DNA of 63,870 nt, filler included, from Asterionella formosa (GCA_002256025.1; 11 parts of 11 records of this genome joined end to end with filler, not necessarily neighbours in it); one strand, 5' to 3'. Shown: positions 12,198 through 25,618, numbered from the whole stretch's first letter. Translations and numbers: made by a program. The notes: generated by a model from the sequence alone, not told the origin.

Positions 12198-13680
12198 NNN
12201 NNNNNNNNNNNNNNNNNNNNNNNNNNNNNNNNNNNNNNNNNTTAATTAATTAANNNNNNNNNNNNNNNNNNNNNNNNNNNNNNNNNNNNNNNNNNNNCAA
12301 CCGAGGTTTGAGACTGCCTTCATTTATCCTTGCGTTCGGCCAAGGTTTGGAAGGCACAGGTACCACTCGTACCGGAAGTTTCTTGAACGAACCCACGAGG
12401 TCCTGCAAAGTCGAGTACTCCCCCCATCCAATAACAGTTGCGTCGATCATTCAAATTTATCTGGGGCCATTGGGACTCCAACAATTTTCTCCAGCTCAAT
12501 TGCCCTATTGTGCGGCTTGCTCTAAGGTACAGATCCATGTATAAAATATGTAGATAGAAAGATTAAAACTGGCAACTGTAACTAGTAAAGGAAAGTGGAA
12601 ACACGATATATACAGCTGCAGTGCAAATCACGACGAATCCAATCATTGCTGGACACATTAAAAAACGTTTACCAAATGTTAATTCTAGTAATGTGTGCTA
12701 TATAATTAATTTCATACCCTGTTGGTTTTACTGCTGTCTGGTAACTGGTACCAACCAGGGAGCTGTTGGCTGCCCAGTATAATAAATCCATGGGTTGTTC
12801 AACATACATACCGGCATGTATTGGTCACACATATTTTCACCATACTGTGCCTGTTCACTATTGAATGACTTTGCTTACCTGGGGCATGTGGTAATATTTC
12901 TCTGCTGGTTACGACTGAGACTGTTCTTATTTATTACTCTATCTGTAAGGAAATAAATCAAAAAGACATCGATCCGTTGCCTGCGCATGAGAAATGGCTG
13001 TTACATACCCGTTATCACTTTGGTAGCTGGTAGCGTATCGGCGTGCCCCCAGCCAAGGACGATAAAACGACGGTTAACTTTGGATGAAACCCGATTACCC
13101 GGTAGAGTTACTAACGGTAGTTACCTGGTACCAGGAACCCCCGGTATTAAATGTATGTTGTCTAAGACAGCAAGGAATCATATACTGACATAATATGTAT
13201 AGCACACGGAGAGGGCGAGATTCGTCCTTCTTGGTGTGTGCCTGCAAGTTGCGGTAAATGAGAAATTTAGCCATATCTGCTTCGTAGTAAGAACCGTCTT
13301 CTACCGCAACCCAATTTGGTGTCGTGATGCGCTGGATATCACATCATCCATACCGGAAGTGCATACACCTGTTACTCCGTTATGTACATACCGGTATATA
13401 TTATAAACAAGGCCGTTTCCCTTCTCCTCTTGTTACTAGGTACCAGGATCGAGCTCTTGTGTTTATTGCTTGCTTACCAATCAGTAGCTAATGGTGAAAC
13501 GAATGCCGAACTGCTTTCCATTTTGAAATTAAAGCTACCGGTATTCTTCTTCTTGATTGTAACCACAGTGACGATCAAAAGAAAAGCGACCGAAGACATT
13601 GAGATACCATCAAAACATAGATAGATAGCAAACCCAAAAAGCATTTGTCAAGCATTTTCTTACTACCGGTATTTCAAATC

Positions 13681-15297
13681 ATGGGCAACGAAATATCAGC
13701 GCAAGAAGAAGCTGACTTTCTAGAGGAGGCATACAATGGACAAGCAGTTCCAGAACGACTTGATCGTTCGGACGTAAACGAGAAGGTCAATGTCGGGACA
13801 TCCGCTCCCAATTGTCAACCCAAGCATACACGACAGGAGCATGAACAACAGCAGCAGCAATTTCAACAACTACAAGATGGAAGCCGCCAAGAGGGGTTGG
13901 AAGTTGGATTCGGCGAGAGTTCCACCAAACCGGAATTGATGGATCAGGGCGGCAAGACACAACCAATGTCGGCCAAGTATAGAAGAACCTCTAGTGGGGC
14001 CAATGATGATGAGAGAAAAAAGAATGACGCCGTGGAGAAGCAGAAGAAGATGTCATACATTCAAATGGCCAAGTTGGGCTATCAAGAGTTGGTCAATGCT
14101 ATTGTTCGGCCACCCAGAGCTGACTACAAGGTTCGTTTCATATCTTCAAAACAAAATCATTGCATAAATTTCTTGCAGGAACCAACTCACTCATTCATGT
14201 TGTTCTAAACCGCGGCACAGGAAGAAACACTTGGCCCGCCTGCCTTTGCCTTTTGCGGGAATAGATTCACAAGAACGGACTTTACCTTGATGACCAAACG
14301 AGGCCTCAATTTGCAGTGCTCACACTGGGAGCCGGTAGAGCGAACCTCTGATCGAATTCCGGTCGTTATCTACATGCACGGAAACTCGTCTGCGCGTGTC
14401 GAAGTCCTGCCACAATTGTCATATCTACTGTCTCTTGGTCTCGCTGTCTTCTCCTTTGACTTCGCGGGATCCGGAAAATCGGACGGCGAGTATGTCAGCT
14501 TGGGGTACTACGAACGAGAAGATTTAATGTGTGTCATTGCACACTTGAGGGCGACCAATGTCGTCTCAACGATTGCTCTCTGGGGAAGGTCCATGGGGGC
14601 CGCGACTGCGCTCATGCACGGAGATCGAGATCCATCCATTGCATGCATGATTTTAGATTCATCCTTTGCTGATCTCACGCAACTTTGCGAAGAAATGGTA
14701 GACAAGGGCAAAGACCAAGGTATTCATGTCCCCAGCTTTGTTGTCGCCATGGCCATTCGCATGCTCCAATCAAGTGTCAAGAAGCAAGCTGGTTTCAACT
14801 TAAAGCTCATTTCGCCTATTTCACATGCCGACAAGTGTTTTATTCCTGCGCTATTTGTCGCCGGTGAGCATGATGACTTCATCAATAAACGCCACTCACA
14901 GCAGATATACGACAAGTATGCGGGTGATAAGAACCTAATTGTGGTCGAAGGTGACCATAATTCACCGCGTCCCAAGTTTATGTTCGATTCCGTCTCGATT
15001 TTCTTGCAAACATGCTTGCAAATCCCAAACAATTGGGCACTTCCTGTTCATCCTGGGATGAATTTGATGGCACCCCCATGGTACTATCCTTCCACCTATC
15101 CGAAGCCCAAGTTACTTTCTAGACCAGATGCACCACCAAAGGAAAGCGCGCCAAAGAAAAAAGTTGAAACCTTTGATCATGATGAACTGGGCATGACGGC
15201 CGAAAGACAGCGAGAAATTCAAGCGTCACTCTTTAAAATGTTGGGACAAGCTGAGGTGACGGAAACAAGAGGAAATGGAGATGAGCAGAAGATTTGA
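13681..15297 (+). CDS. Alpha/beta hydrolase (YqkD/ABHD-like, Hydrolase_4), 2 exons, ~508 aa, N-myristoylation motif
   Basis: Exon1 13681-14130, intron 14131-14220 (GTTCGT..CACAG), exon2 14221-15297 in frame. Motifs IVRPPRA, YMHGNSS, nucleophile WGRSMG, acid GEHDDFI, His GDHNS. Starts MGNEIS. Confidence 0.92.
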
Positions 15298-15479
15298 ATG
15301 GGAGAAACAGGAATTATGGGAGGCACATCCTGAGATTGATCTGAAACACGATGGATAACAAAATAGACATGCTGTTTTTATACAAAAATTGGCTTGCCGT
15401 TATTAGGACCTTCCTACATGGAGGAAGAGATCAATATTAAGGATGCTGGTTGGATGTTATGAGCAGTATGATATAGATA

Positions 15480-16360
15480 CCATGTGACTGCCTTTGGACG
15501 AGTCTCACATTTTCACCAGTATCCCGCCAATGCTGTAACTTCCTCCTTGCATGTATATGGTTCCAAGTGATGTTTCATGATTGTTGCCAATCTCTTATAT
15601 TGTTTTCGAGTAACTTTGAGTGGCATATCCAAAAGGACCCAATGCACATTGGGACTACAGGGAGGAACTGTGAGTGTTCCTTCATACTCAAAATATGACT
15701 GCAAGGCTATCATGTTGTAAGAATAGTCAGAAAATATCAGCCCTGTGGTTGCTTTAATGCACTTGATGTCGGTCCAGCTAGCGGTTTGTTCCCATCGAGA
15801 TATCAATGATTCAATGCACTGGTCAGGGTTCAGGAAGGAACATCCAATATGATGGAAATATGTATCATATCCTGAAACTCATGATACTGAGTTAAGACTA
15901 CTAGCTCACCATCATGTTGAACTCCTTCCAAGGTATGTTCAGATAATATTTTATTTGGATTTCACCTATTCTACCCCTTTGACTCCAGAGGCCAATGTAA
16001 TTGTCAGTGGCGAACAATGTGGTAGTAAGGTGGCTTGCAACCCATAGGGAGTGATGTCAAACATGAGATTGTCTATTGGCATGAATCCAGTTGAGGTGTA
16101 CATGCTTTTATAGGATTTCGTGTGCAGATATGAGAGTGATTCCTACCTGAAGAAACATGATTATGATGTCATGTAGTGGTGTGATTCACATGGATCACAG
16201 AGTAGTGTTTTTAAACATGCAGTAGTGATTTCAGCCCCATGTCCAGGCTTGTCATTGCCAGCTGCAAACCATATGCATATGGAGCCATGGATGATTTTTT
16301 TACAAGCATTGCAAGATGAGGGATTGAAATATTGGGGAGCATATTTCTTGTCCACTTTTC
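15480..16360 (-). pseudogene. Alpha-carbonic anhydrase pseudogene
   Basis: YFEYEGTLTVPPCSPNVHWVLLDMPL, upstream SEHTLEGVQHDGELV and downstream NVRLVQ (NxRPxQ-like); multiple stops and frameshifts. Confidence 0.7.
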
Positions 16361-16479
16361 ATGTTCATTAATCATGATTTATCGATCACAAAAAATAAAA
16401 TAGATCAGACTCTGTTTGCTAACAAGGTGTAGCTATTGTCTCAATTTACTTTAGCCTTGACTAGCTAAAGTGAATTCCC

Positions 16480-17425
16480 TCATGCTTCCCCTGTGCTAAA
16501 CAGCAAAGAAGATAACGCTGAATCCTCCTGACACCTATTTCGCGAAAGATGCCCCATGCCAAATGTTTTCACCCTAGCATTGGAGCTAAGCCTCCAAGGA
16601 CAACAATGGTTTGGTGAAAGGAACTTGGTGTGCCACATACTACAATGATAAGGTTGAATTACATTGGGATGGGAACAAGTACCACCGGACCATTTAGCAA
16701 CTGGAACGAGCATTGAATGTTGCCTGCATCAGAACAGCACCAGGAGCCAAGACGTTTGTAGCCTTTAGAGCTCAACGTCAACCAGATCATATGAAACAAA
16801 CACAACATGTCTGCTTCAGCATGAATGTAATGTCAGAAAATGAAGACTCTGAATATGACAATCAGCAGGGACACAGAAATTTACCTTTTGATCTAGATGA
16901 CAATGCTGACCTTAAATGGTGCCCATCAAACCAACATCAGCAAGTGAACAAAGCAAAGGCTGCTGCCCGCCGACTAATTGTGGAAGCTAATAAGAGTGTG
17001 CAAAATACAATAGATTTCCATGATCGGAGAGCGACAATTGAAGTTGCCGCTGATGAAGAAGAGAATGGGATGTCAGCAACTGCAGAATTGTTGAAAGTAC
17101 ATTATCAGCTTGCGCATTTACCTTTCAGTAACCTGAGAACCATGGCTGGCCAAGACAGGAAATTTACCCAAAAGATCGGTGGATTGTCGAATTCCCAACT
17201 GTACTGCTTGCCAGTTTGGAAAGGCTATCCGAAAGTCATGGCAATCGAAGGGACCACCAAATAGCATTGGCCAAAGTAACACTATTACGCATCCTGGGCA
17301 ATGCGTGTCCATCGATCAACTTGAGTCACCAACACCGGGATTAATCGCTCAGCTAAAGGGAATTCCTACGACTCAAAGATACAACGCAGCTACCGTTTTT
17401 GTCGATCATCACAGTCGATTGTCAA
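16480..17425 (+). mobile_element. Copia (CoDi-type) pol fragment: GAG-pre-integrase and integrase N-terminus
   Basis: KGTWCATY..VELHWDG, ELLKVHYQLAHLPF, CTACQFGK and PGQCVSIDQLESPTPGLIAQLKG...ATVFVDHHSRLS, frameshifted. Confidence 0.85.
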
Positions 17426-18442
17426 AAGACTCACTTTATACTAAGTAAGTCAAGGGCCACAGAGAAGGAGACAGCTGTGGTGAATGCGCCTTCAAAGGCA
17501 CCAACAAAACTAGAAGACGAGCTTGAGACCAATGAGATACCAGAGCGACATAAAGAGCCAAAACAAGTAATTGTGAGGCCGGGATTGGCTCATCAAAAGT
17601 TACCAAAAGTGCCCTAATTTCCCGAAATCGAACAAGTTTCTGAAGGACATCTAAGATGCCGTTTACGGCACTTTTTCGAATTTATGTCTAAAGTGACATA
17701 TTTATGCTACTTTTCTAAAAAATTATGTTACTTTTTCCCTAATTTATTCGGGTTAAACAAACATTAATTTCACTTCTAGAATAATTATGTGTGTTTGTGA
17801 CAAAATATGTTGACCAATTAGACATAGCGACAGTATAAGTGCGAAATTATGCTGCTCTCCTGCAATATTATGCTGCTTTCACTATATTATGAATGAAAGA
17901 GTTGCCAATTCCCATTCACTTATTATTTTTTCTGCTCCAACATATTTCTTTGATCTGAACTGGAAAATAACAACACATGCATGCAAGAGGAAGATTCACA
18001 CAGTAGAATTCAGCACATGTAGTAGTAGTTGCTGTTGTAGACACATTGTTTAGTCATTGTTGATTGTAGTATAATAGCCTGCCGGATTAGAAATAAAGCA
18101 CCGTTGGTCCTCAGTGAGCATCGTTGAGCATTGCATGTCGCTGTAATGAGTCGAAATTGAGATGTGCCACGATGGTCTTCTCCTCTTTGGAGCAGCTAGA
18201 AATAGTCTACAGCAATACATCTAAGCCGCGAAATACGCCACTTTTCGAAATTTCGTCTACGTATGAGTGTTAATTATGTGGTACTTCACATGCATTAATG
18301 CCACTCTTCACGTAAAAAAGATTACTTTTAACGGTTTCATGTNNNNNNNNNNNNNNNNNNNNNNNNNNNNNNNNNNNNNNNNNNNNTTAATTAATTAANN
18401 NNNNNNNNNNNNNNNNNNNNNNNNNNNNNNNNNNNNNNNNNN

Positions 18443-20062
18443 TGTACCTCCAAAGGAACAATTTCTTTGATCATTGATGCTGCCAAGGAAAGGAATGGAA
18501 TACCTGCTAATGTGAAGGTTAGTTTTGAAACAGTCAGAAGCAGAGCAGCAATCAAAATAAAGAAGAGTGCAGCACTGACAAATTTGCCATCCAATTCTCG
18601 AGTGAATATCGTGGTGACCGCTCAGCCGTCTTCCTTTCCCAGTACATCCCCTTCTTCTGCAGTGACGCAATACACCCCCCGAACAGTAGTCCCTACAGAA
18701 GCGTTTTCTTCCCAAACATCGACTGAATCCAAACTAACAGGGGCACCTCAAGTCCCTGCCACCCCGACCGCAATCAATGGTGTCGTTACATCTGAGTCAG
18801 TACCCAATCAAAGTATCACCCCTGTGGCTTCAACAACACCAATTGGTGTGGAAAACGAAAATACTCTTCCTCCAGCAGCACCCGTAACTCCACTGATATC
18901 CCCTATTGACCGTCCAACAGCCGCAACACTTCCTCCGGATGCGCCTACATCTCCGTTTATATCCCCTATTGACCGTCCAACAGCCGCAACACTTCCTCCG
19001 GATGCACCTACATCTCCGTTTATATCCCCTATTGACCGTCCGACAGCCGCCACGCTTCCTCCAGACGCGCCTACATCTCCGTTTATATCTCCTATTGACC
19101 GTCCAACAGCCGCAACACTTCCTCCGGATGCGCCTACATCTCCTTTTATTTCCCCAATCGATCGACCAACTGCCGCAACGCTTCCTCCCGATGCGCCCCC
19201 AGTTTTCTCTGGATCTCCTATTTCATCTCCTTCCCCATTTATTTCCCCTATTGATCGGCCAACAGTGGCCACGCTTCCACCTGATGCGCCCCCCGTTTCC
19301 TCTGCATCTCCGGTGGCTTTTCCTAGCCCAATCACTGGAGACCCCATTTCATCTCCTTCCCCATTTATTTCCCCTATAGATCGGCCAACAGTGGCCACCC
19401 TCCCTCCTGATGCTCCCCCAGTTTTCTCTGGATCTCCTATTTCATCTCCTTCCCCATTTATTTCCCCTATTGATCGGCCAACAGTGGCCACGCTTCCACC
19501 TGATGCGCCCCCCGTTTCCTCTGCATCTCCAGTGGCTTTTCCTAGCGCAATCACTGGAGGCCCTATTACGTCGGAAACTCCAGTTTATTCTCCTATCGAT
19601 GGGCCAACAGCTACCACGCTTCAACCTTCCCCATCGTCTGACACAAACCCTCCAGTTGCTCCCATTGCGTCGCTTAGTCCATCACTAGTGCCCCCTTCTG
19701 CAACTCTTGCCCCAATAGGATCTCCAATGTTACGACCTCATCTTGACTCTTTCTCCCCAATCACTTCTGGGGTTCCTGTATTCACTATTGACTCTCCCAC
19801 ATCTGAGCCTTCGATGATGATGATGATGATGATGGGAGGTATGAAAATGAAAATGGGAGGTATGAACATGAATATGAAAAAAATGGGAATTGAAAAGATG
19901 GCAATGGCCATGAAGATTGGCATGCCCAATAAGGTGATGGGTATGGATATTTCCGAAACCCAAGTCCTTGGAAATAACAGGAAGGAGGGCATGGTGAAGA
20001 TTGCGAGAACAGGCGAAAGGGCTGGAGGGATTAACAGGGGTACTCCTGGCCACCTCAATTGA
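18443..20062 (+). CDS. Pro/Ser/Thr-rich tandem-repeat protein with Met/Lys/Gly-rich C-terminal block (5' end lost at contig edge)
   Basis: Open frame from the contig start; repeats SPIDRPT(A/V)ATLPPDAP; tail MMMMMMMGGMKMKMGGMNMNMKKMG. Repeat copies differ mainly at synonymous positions. Confidence 0.75.
   Translation, partial: CTSKGTISLIIDAAKERNGIPANVKVSFETVRSRAAIKIKKSAALTNLPSNSRVNIVVTAQPSSFPSTSPSSAVTQYTPRTVVPTEAFSSQTSTESKLTGAPQVPATPTAINGVVTSESVPNQSITPVASTTPIGVENENTLPPAAPVTPLISPIDRPTAATLPPDAPTSPFISPIDRPTAATLPPDAPTSPFISPIDRPTAATLPPDAPTSPFISPIDRPTAATLPPDAPTSPFISPIDRPTAATLPPDAPPVFSGSPISSPSPFISPIDRPTVATLPPDAPPVSSASPVAFPSPITGDPISSPSPFISPIDRPTVATLPPDAPPVFSGSPISSPSPFISPIDRPTVATLPPDAPPVSSASPVAFPSAITGGPITSETPVYSPIDGPTATTLQPSPSSDTNPPVAPIASLSPSLVPPSATLAPIGSPMLRPHLDSFSPITSGVPVFTIDSPTSEPSMMMMMMMGGMKMKMGGMNMNMKKMGIEKMAMAMKIGMPNKVMGMDISETQVLGNNRKEGMVKIARTGERAGGINRGTPGHLN
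18893..19625 (+). repeat. Coding tandem repeat: 63-bp units followed by alternating 93-bp / 126-bp units
   Basis: 21-aa unit x4, then 31-aa and 42-aa units alternating twice. Confidence 0.85.
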
Positions 20063-20688
20063 AAATTGTTGCTCAAAACTTGTCTTTAATTTATTGGAAC
20101 ATGAATTAGTGCAATTGGATGCATGGGTTGTTGCATAACAAGTGAATATGTTCATCAGTACTCAGTCTTAATGGATTGGTAGCATTATATTTTTCAAAGT
20201 AGATGAATGTATTTTTAATGTTGCTTTGATAAGCAGTTTTGAATATGTTTCTTAAGGCTCTTGCATTTACAACCCTTGCTTGAATTAGGGTTGAAAAAAT
20301 TGATTCAGTACAATCTTATTCTCACTTTTCATCATCAAAATAATTTATATCTCTAAACAGAGTTTTTACCCTTTCCAAATGCTCAAATGCTTGGCAACAC
20401 TCAAGTTCATTTTCTTAGGGCTAATAAAAATGAAAATTTTCTGATAAATTCACTGATAAAAAACATGTTATGATGTAAGACTTGTTATTTCGATTGGCTG
20501 TTGGATCCCTTATTTTCCTGTTTTTCTCATGAATATGTTGATAACCTGTGAATACATCAGCATTGTTTTGTGGTAATTCAGGGAATGGCTTAGTAGTTGG
20601 TTGAGAATGGTGCCTTTGATCTTCTTTTATTATTCAAGTAAATTTTATAGTACATTAAAACTAGTAGCACAAGTCCACTGGCGAGAAT

Positions 20689-23035
20689 TTAGGTTGGTTG
20701 TAAACGCACTTGTGGTCTTCTACCTTCCTGCGGTTGCCACAAAGGTGCCATCCAGACAGAGTGCTCAGTTTCCTCTGCTGACGTCCGATGTTCCCAAGAA
20801 TGATGTGCAATATCAACTGTTTCTACCCACTGCCATTTTTGGTGTTGTGTGTGTTGGCATATGCGTACCTGGAGTGGGAGAGCAAACAAAGAACGATCCT
20901 GGTCACTAACATGCAGCTGATCCTGAGCATATTGTCTGATTATTTGAGTATCCACTTCCTTAGTTTGCTTTGCGAGCTTGTCTGATTCAGTTCATCTATA
21001 TATCGCCTCATTCCCCCTGTTGATCCAGGAATCAATGCCAAACTGCCACATATTGGACACTACCCTTACCAACCACATATCGGCCAGTTGTGAATCATTG
21101 TGAAGGCTTCTCTCCTTGCAATAGTTAAAATTTGCTTTCCCCCAGTGATGACTGATGCGGCCACAGAAAACCTGATCCCACCAGATGTTGGATTGGTTCA
21201 TATATGCCTGATATGTTAGATACCCTGCTGTGATATCCGTTTTGCATGGTATTGAGCCCTCCCATTGGGCGGAACGCCCAGCAAACCACTAAATCATGCC
21301 TGCCGTAAACATTTTGTCTACAAAAGGGCACAATCTTGCACATTGCATGTATTTTGCAGCTGTATCCCACAGTGACTTGCGTGATTTAGCGGTGTCAGTG
21401 CATTGGATGACATGATTGATGTCTTCATTTAAATGATTACACCAAGGACATCGGTTGTTGACTTTCCAGTCAAAGCGGCTCCTATGTTGAAGTATTGCTA
21501 GTAGGTCGAACTCCAACTTAAACACCATCATTCTCTTGGAGTCTGAGAGTTTTCTCCCTGCTCTGCTATGCCCAGGCCAATCTACCATTTCGAAGATTGA
21601 TCTTGTGCTCCAACCTGCTTGGTTGATGATATATTGCTCCATTTTTTCCCGGTATACTGCATTTCGAATTGCCATAGGGACATGTGCAGTAATGAATATT
21701 CCATTGCCTACTAGGGTTACCTCATGACCTGGTGGCAACTGATATTTGTCTGAAATGTGAGATTTACAGAGGATACAATCTTGGACTTCGGATGCAAGGA
21801 TGTCGCAGTCGCAATTCATCTTTGCCTCCCATGATAAGTCTTTATACTCCATGTCTGAATCTTGGTGTGCCTTCACATGTTTGGGTAAAATATTTATTCG
21901 ATACACTGTTGCTAAGTTCATTGCTGCCTGAAGGTGATCATGGTCGGGTTGAAAAGTATTGGATGGGCCCAAGAATTTCCACTTGGTTAGCCGGGACACC
22001 AGGGCCATGTTATCAATCAGTACGGTGAGCTGAACTGGATTTAGTAGTTCTTCTGGAGTGAATGTTGTTGCCATTAGGGATGTGATTGCAATGATTCCTC
22101 CCAGGAATCCACCAATTTCAGGGCGAAGAGATGACATGGGCTGACCACTGCTATTGACCCAACCATGACCTTGTGCCTGTTTCGCATTTCGTCTTCCCTG
22201 TATTTGCCATCCAAAGGTGGCACGCTTATCTCCAGGAATTAAAAATCCATCTGATGCTAGGGCCAACTTTGCTGCTTGAAGTTGTGATCTAAGATCCGCT
22301 GAATTGCTAAATTGATACTCTCCAAGGGCCTTCTGCATGAAAGGTGATAAAGTAGCCAAATGTGTCCCTACCTTGTCTCCTCGAGCTGGCGGGGATGGGT
22401 AAGGCACTGAGATTATACGTGGCTGGTGCGTAACTGGTGGAAAACCTGTGACCTCATAATAATCTGGTGAAGTTGATTAGATGGAGATTGGGCTTAGCTT
22501 ACGCGGTCAGTGAAAACTCACAGTGAATTCTCGCGAATAAAGCCGTGGTGAATGTTGTTGTGCATGCTGGAGATACATGCCATTTTCAGTGCATTTTATG
22601 AGAGTCATAGTGTCAGTATCCATATAGAATGTCCATTTTTGATGGTGTTCAGCGGGCGATAGCCAACTACCAAGCTTTTGGCGAAGGCGCTTGCTGGAAG
22701 TAGGTGCAGTACTAAAGACGTGTGTTAAGGTGCATCGCCATATTCTCCATGCAATTGCGGACGGACGTTCCTGAGGTGGCCATGATTACTGAATTTTTCT
22801 ATCAATAAAGTAGAGGTCCTGCAACACTGTAGGCATAAGGTACAAGCCAGTACCATCTGCGATGTCTGCGACTGTAAGTACGACTTGGAGATACATTCTG
22901 CATGCATTCAATCTTTTCAATTCTTTCGGGCGCAACTTCCATCTAGGGTGAATGAATACATCCATGAGTGCCACATCAGGTTCCCTTTGGGGTAGGATCT
23001 CCCGTGTATGCTCAAGATGAAGCTTTCCCCTCAGA
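20689..23035 (-). mobile_element. Non-LTR retrotransposon (Ambal-like, RNase H-bearing), 3' half, decayed
   Basis: LKRLNACRMYLQV..ADIADG. RNase H motifs LASDG..FGW, SSLRPEIGG, IDNMALV, HVKAHQD and NCDCDILA. Zinc knuckle CPWC..EDINHVIQC; C-terminal WWDQVFCGRIS..W. Confidence 0.85.
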
Positions 23036-23039
23036 GATA

Positions 23040-24300
23040 TTGCAAATTCTCATGCTGACGTTCTTCGTTATAATATCATCTAATAATTTTGATAAATGCC
23101 CTTGTAATTTAAATAGAAACCCTTTTGACTACATAGATTTCATTATTATATGTATTGTTTCTATTTGATTCCTGTATTCGAATTTCTTGGTAGGATAATG
23201 TACCTGCTAAAGTCATGTAATTTGGCTCGTCATTTCCATCCGTCATCACTCCGATTTTTGCAACAACAACGAAATACTAGCGATGACAACTGGAATGATT
23301 GTTTGCAACAAAGTCTTCAATTGTTGGTCAAGTGATCATTATATCTTTGAGAAATCGTCATGTGCAGTGATTCTATGTTCATAATCATTCAATTAAGAGT
23401 TTACAGAGAAGAAATCATTTGAACTCAGAATGGTTCCGCACACAGCACAAAAAATAGTAGATCCATTTCGTAAACCACCAGCATGACAATCTCGCAAAAC
23501 AACTTGTAAACAAACACATTCTACTTGTTCTTGATGACATTTTCAATTCTCACATCATGATACTCCATCTACTATTGAGATTCAGCATAGAAGGAGATAC
23601 GAAAATGTAACAGACAACTGTCCACAAAGTTATAGTTATAGAATGATTCTGATTACAATTTCTTTTCATATCTCTTGTTTCCGCATTTCGCATGCTGCAC
23701 TTGTCTTCAATATTGAATTTGTCCGCATGTTTGATACCATCAAGAGAGCGACAGCAATTTGCTCTCTTCATTGTTGTTTGGTCATGGAAACTATAGAGGG
23801 ACAAATATCCTTCATCATTATCATTGTGGTTTTCCGTAGGAAAAATTTGATATCCTCCATATCATCATTTGCTTGTTGGAACTGTCCGTTGCCTCAAACC
23901 TTCACACTGTCGACTTGTGTAATACATTACAGCAGTGACTTAGCTACTAAAGTGCGTGTTATAATATCATACTCCGTAGTACAATGCAGAATACAGTTCC
24001 CAATCAACATTGAATGATTGATAAGATGATAATGTGATATCACAATAGGGTTACATCGATGCATACATCACCAAAGTATGAAACGTAATATTGAATAAAG
24101 TTTATCACATAGCTATGATACATTGATCATAGAACTATGATGATTTCTTAAAATGTTTATGATATAATTTTTAATCAAAATATGATCATGTTAAAATAAT
24201 ACAATGATAATAAAGTATGATAAAATATGTACGCATGTGTGATCAATACATAATAGAAAATAAATCAATCGATCATAAGGTATAGTACTTACTATATAAA
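23040..24300. mobile_element. Divergent relative of the TIR family, truncating the LINE
   Basis: 23074-23480 resembles 6408-6800 (catctaataattttgataaatgccct...cttttgact...; tttggctc...ttgcaacaac). The right boundary is uncertain. Confidence 0.55.
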
Positions 24301-25388
24301 TTCGACTTATAATGTATACAGTAAAAGCCAACAGTTAATATGCATGAGAGTATTATATGGTGGATAGGATCTAGGTATACGGATGCGTTGATGTGTACAT
24401 CACTACAAAATGATTTGTGATATGGATTGATGCATATCACATACCGGTATCCCCAACAACCAGCCATCACGTTCATTGTCATGTCGNNNNNNNNNNNNNN
24501 NNNNNNNNNNNNNNNNNNNNNNNNNNNNNNTTAATTAATTAANNNNNNNNNNNNNNNNNNNNNNNNNNNNNNNNNNNNNNNNNNNNAGAGAGAGAGAGAG
24601 ATATGAAAGAATATCTTGGATGATATTAAGAATGAGGATATTAAGAGGTATCTAGCAAAGATTAGATGAGTGAAATGGTTGAGTTTCTTGATAGCTGAAG
24701 GCATGTTGGCAGCTGGTGAAGGCAGAGTATTGAGTTTGCTGGAGCCATTCAAGTTAATGGAATAAACAATGGCGCGAATATGTGGAATCAAAATATGGTG
24801 GAAAGGAGTCCTGGAATGAAAGAAATGCAGCGATATTGGAGTGAACTGGATCCGCAAGCTTGGGCGGAGGAGTAGTTCGCTGAATGGGAATTAAATATTT
24901 GAATGCTCGGCTGAATGGAGCCTTACAGAGTGGTAAGAGCTGTCAGCAGGCACTGTGTTCTTGGGTTTGGGGAGGTCTTGATGGGCGGGGGAGGAGATTT
25001 TGTCAGGTGTAGTGGGTAAGGTCCCTTCTTTGGTGGCCAGAAAAGTAGAGGGATTGGGGCTGCTGGCTGTGGTAGATGGCCGTTTTTTTGAATAGCTGTG
25101 CGGACCAGCCATGAATAGACCAGAAGATAGGAGAGGCATGGATCAGTCAAGGGGAAGGAGGAGTGGGAGTGGTGGAAAAGGCGGGGATCAGAGAGTGGCA
25201 TTTTAAATATGCGCCAACCAATGGTTCTGCGGGTTTGGGTTTCTTCTGTAGTGTGGAGAGAGGGGTTTTGGATGATCTCTTATTCTTTGAATTCTAAAGG
25301 ACAGCGTTGGGATGAGAGAATGGTGGTGGAGGGAAATGAAGCGGACTATCGGCAGCAATGGAGCCCGAAACGAGTATGGTGGACAGGA

Positions 25389-25618
25389 TGTTAAGATCTC
25401 GTTTATGTGGTATCCATTGCAAATGATTACAAACGTGGTAAGGAGGTGAAGACGATGATGGAAGGGATAAAGAAAGATTTAAAAACTATGAAGTTACACA
25501 AAGTAAAACAAAATAAAGTCGAGGGCACAAGAGAATCAGAATTTAGGTGACGTGTCAGAACTTCCGTCTGTCGCTCTGTCTCCAAATATATATATATATA
25601 TGTATGAAGAGATTAACA
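25389..25618 (-). repeat. 3' LTR of Copia element
   Basis: TGTTAA...TTAACA termini; shares ~125 bp with 29495-29609; purine tract GAGAGGAC just upstream on the minus strand. Confidence 0.85.

Noticed and set aside
12298..12544. Short GC-richer ORFs at a contig start
   Set aside because: Could be a gene fragment, but neither family nor frame could be assigned.
18808..19554. 248-aa minus-strand Gly-rich ORF (GGASGGSVAAVGRSIG repeats)
   Set aside because: Antisense shadow of the Pro-rich plus-strand repeat gene.
18893..19625. Repeat-spacer-like periodicity resembling CRISPR
   Set aside because: The units are in-frame coding repeats without unique spacers; the context is eukaryotic and there are no cas genes.
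24587..25388. Pro/Leu-rich minus-strand ORFs with INLNG, possibly a LINE endonuclease
   Set aside because: One weak motif in compositionally biased sequence is insufficient support.
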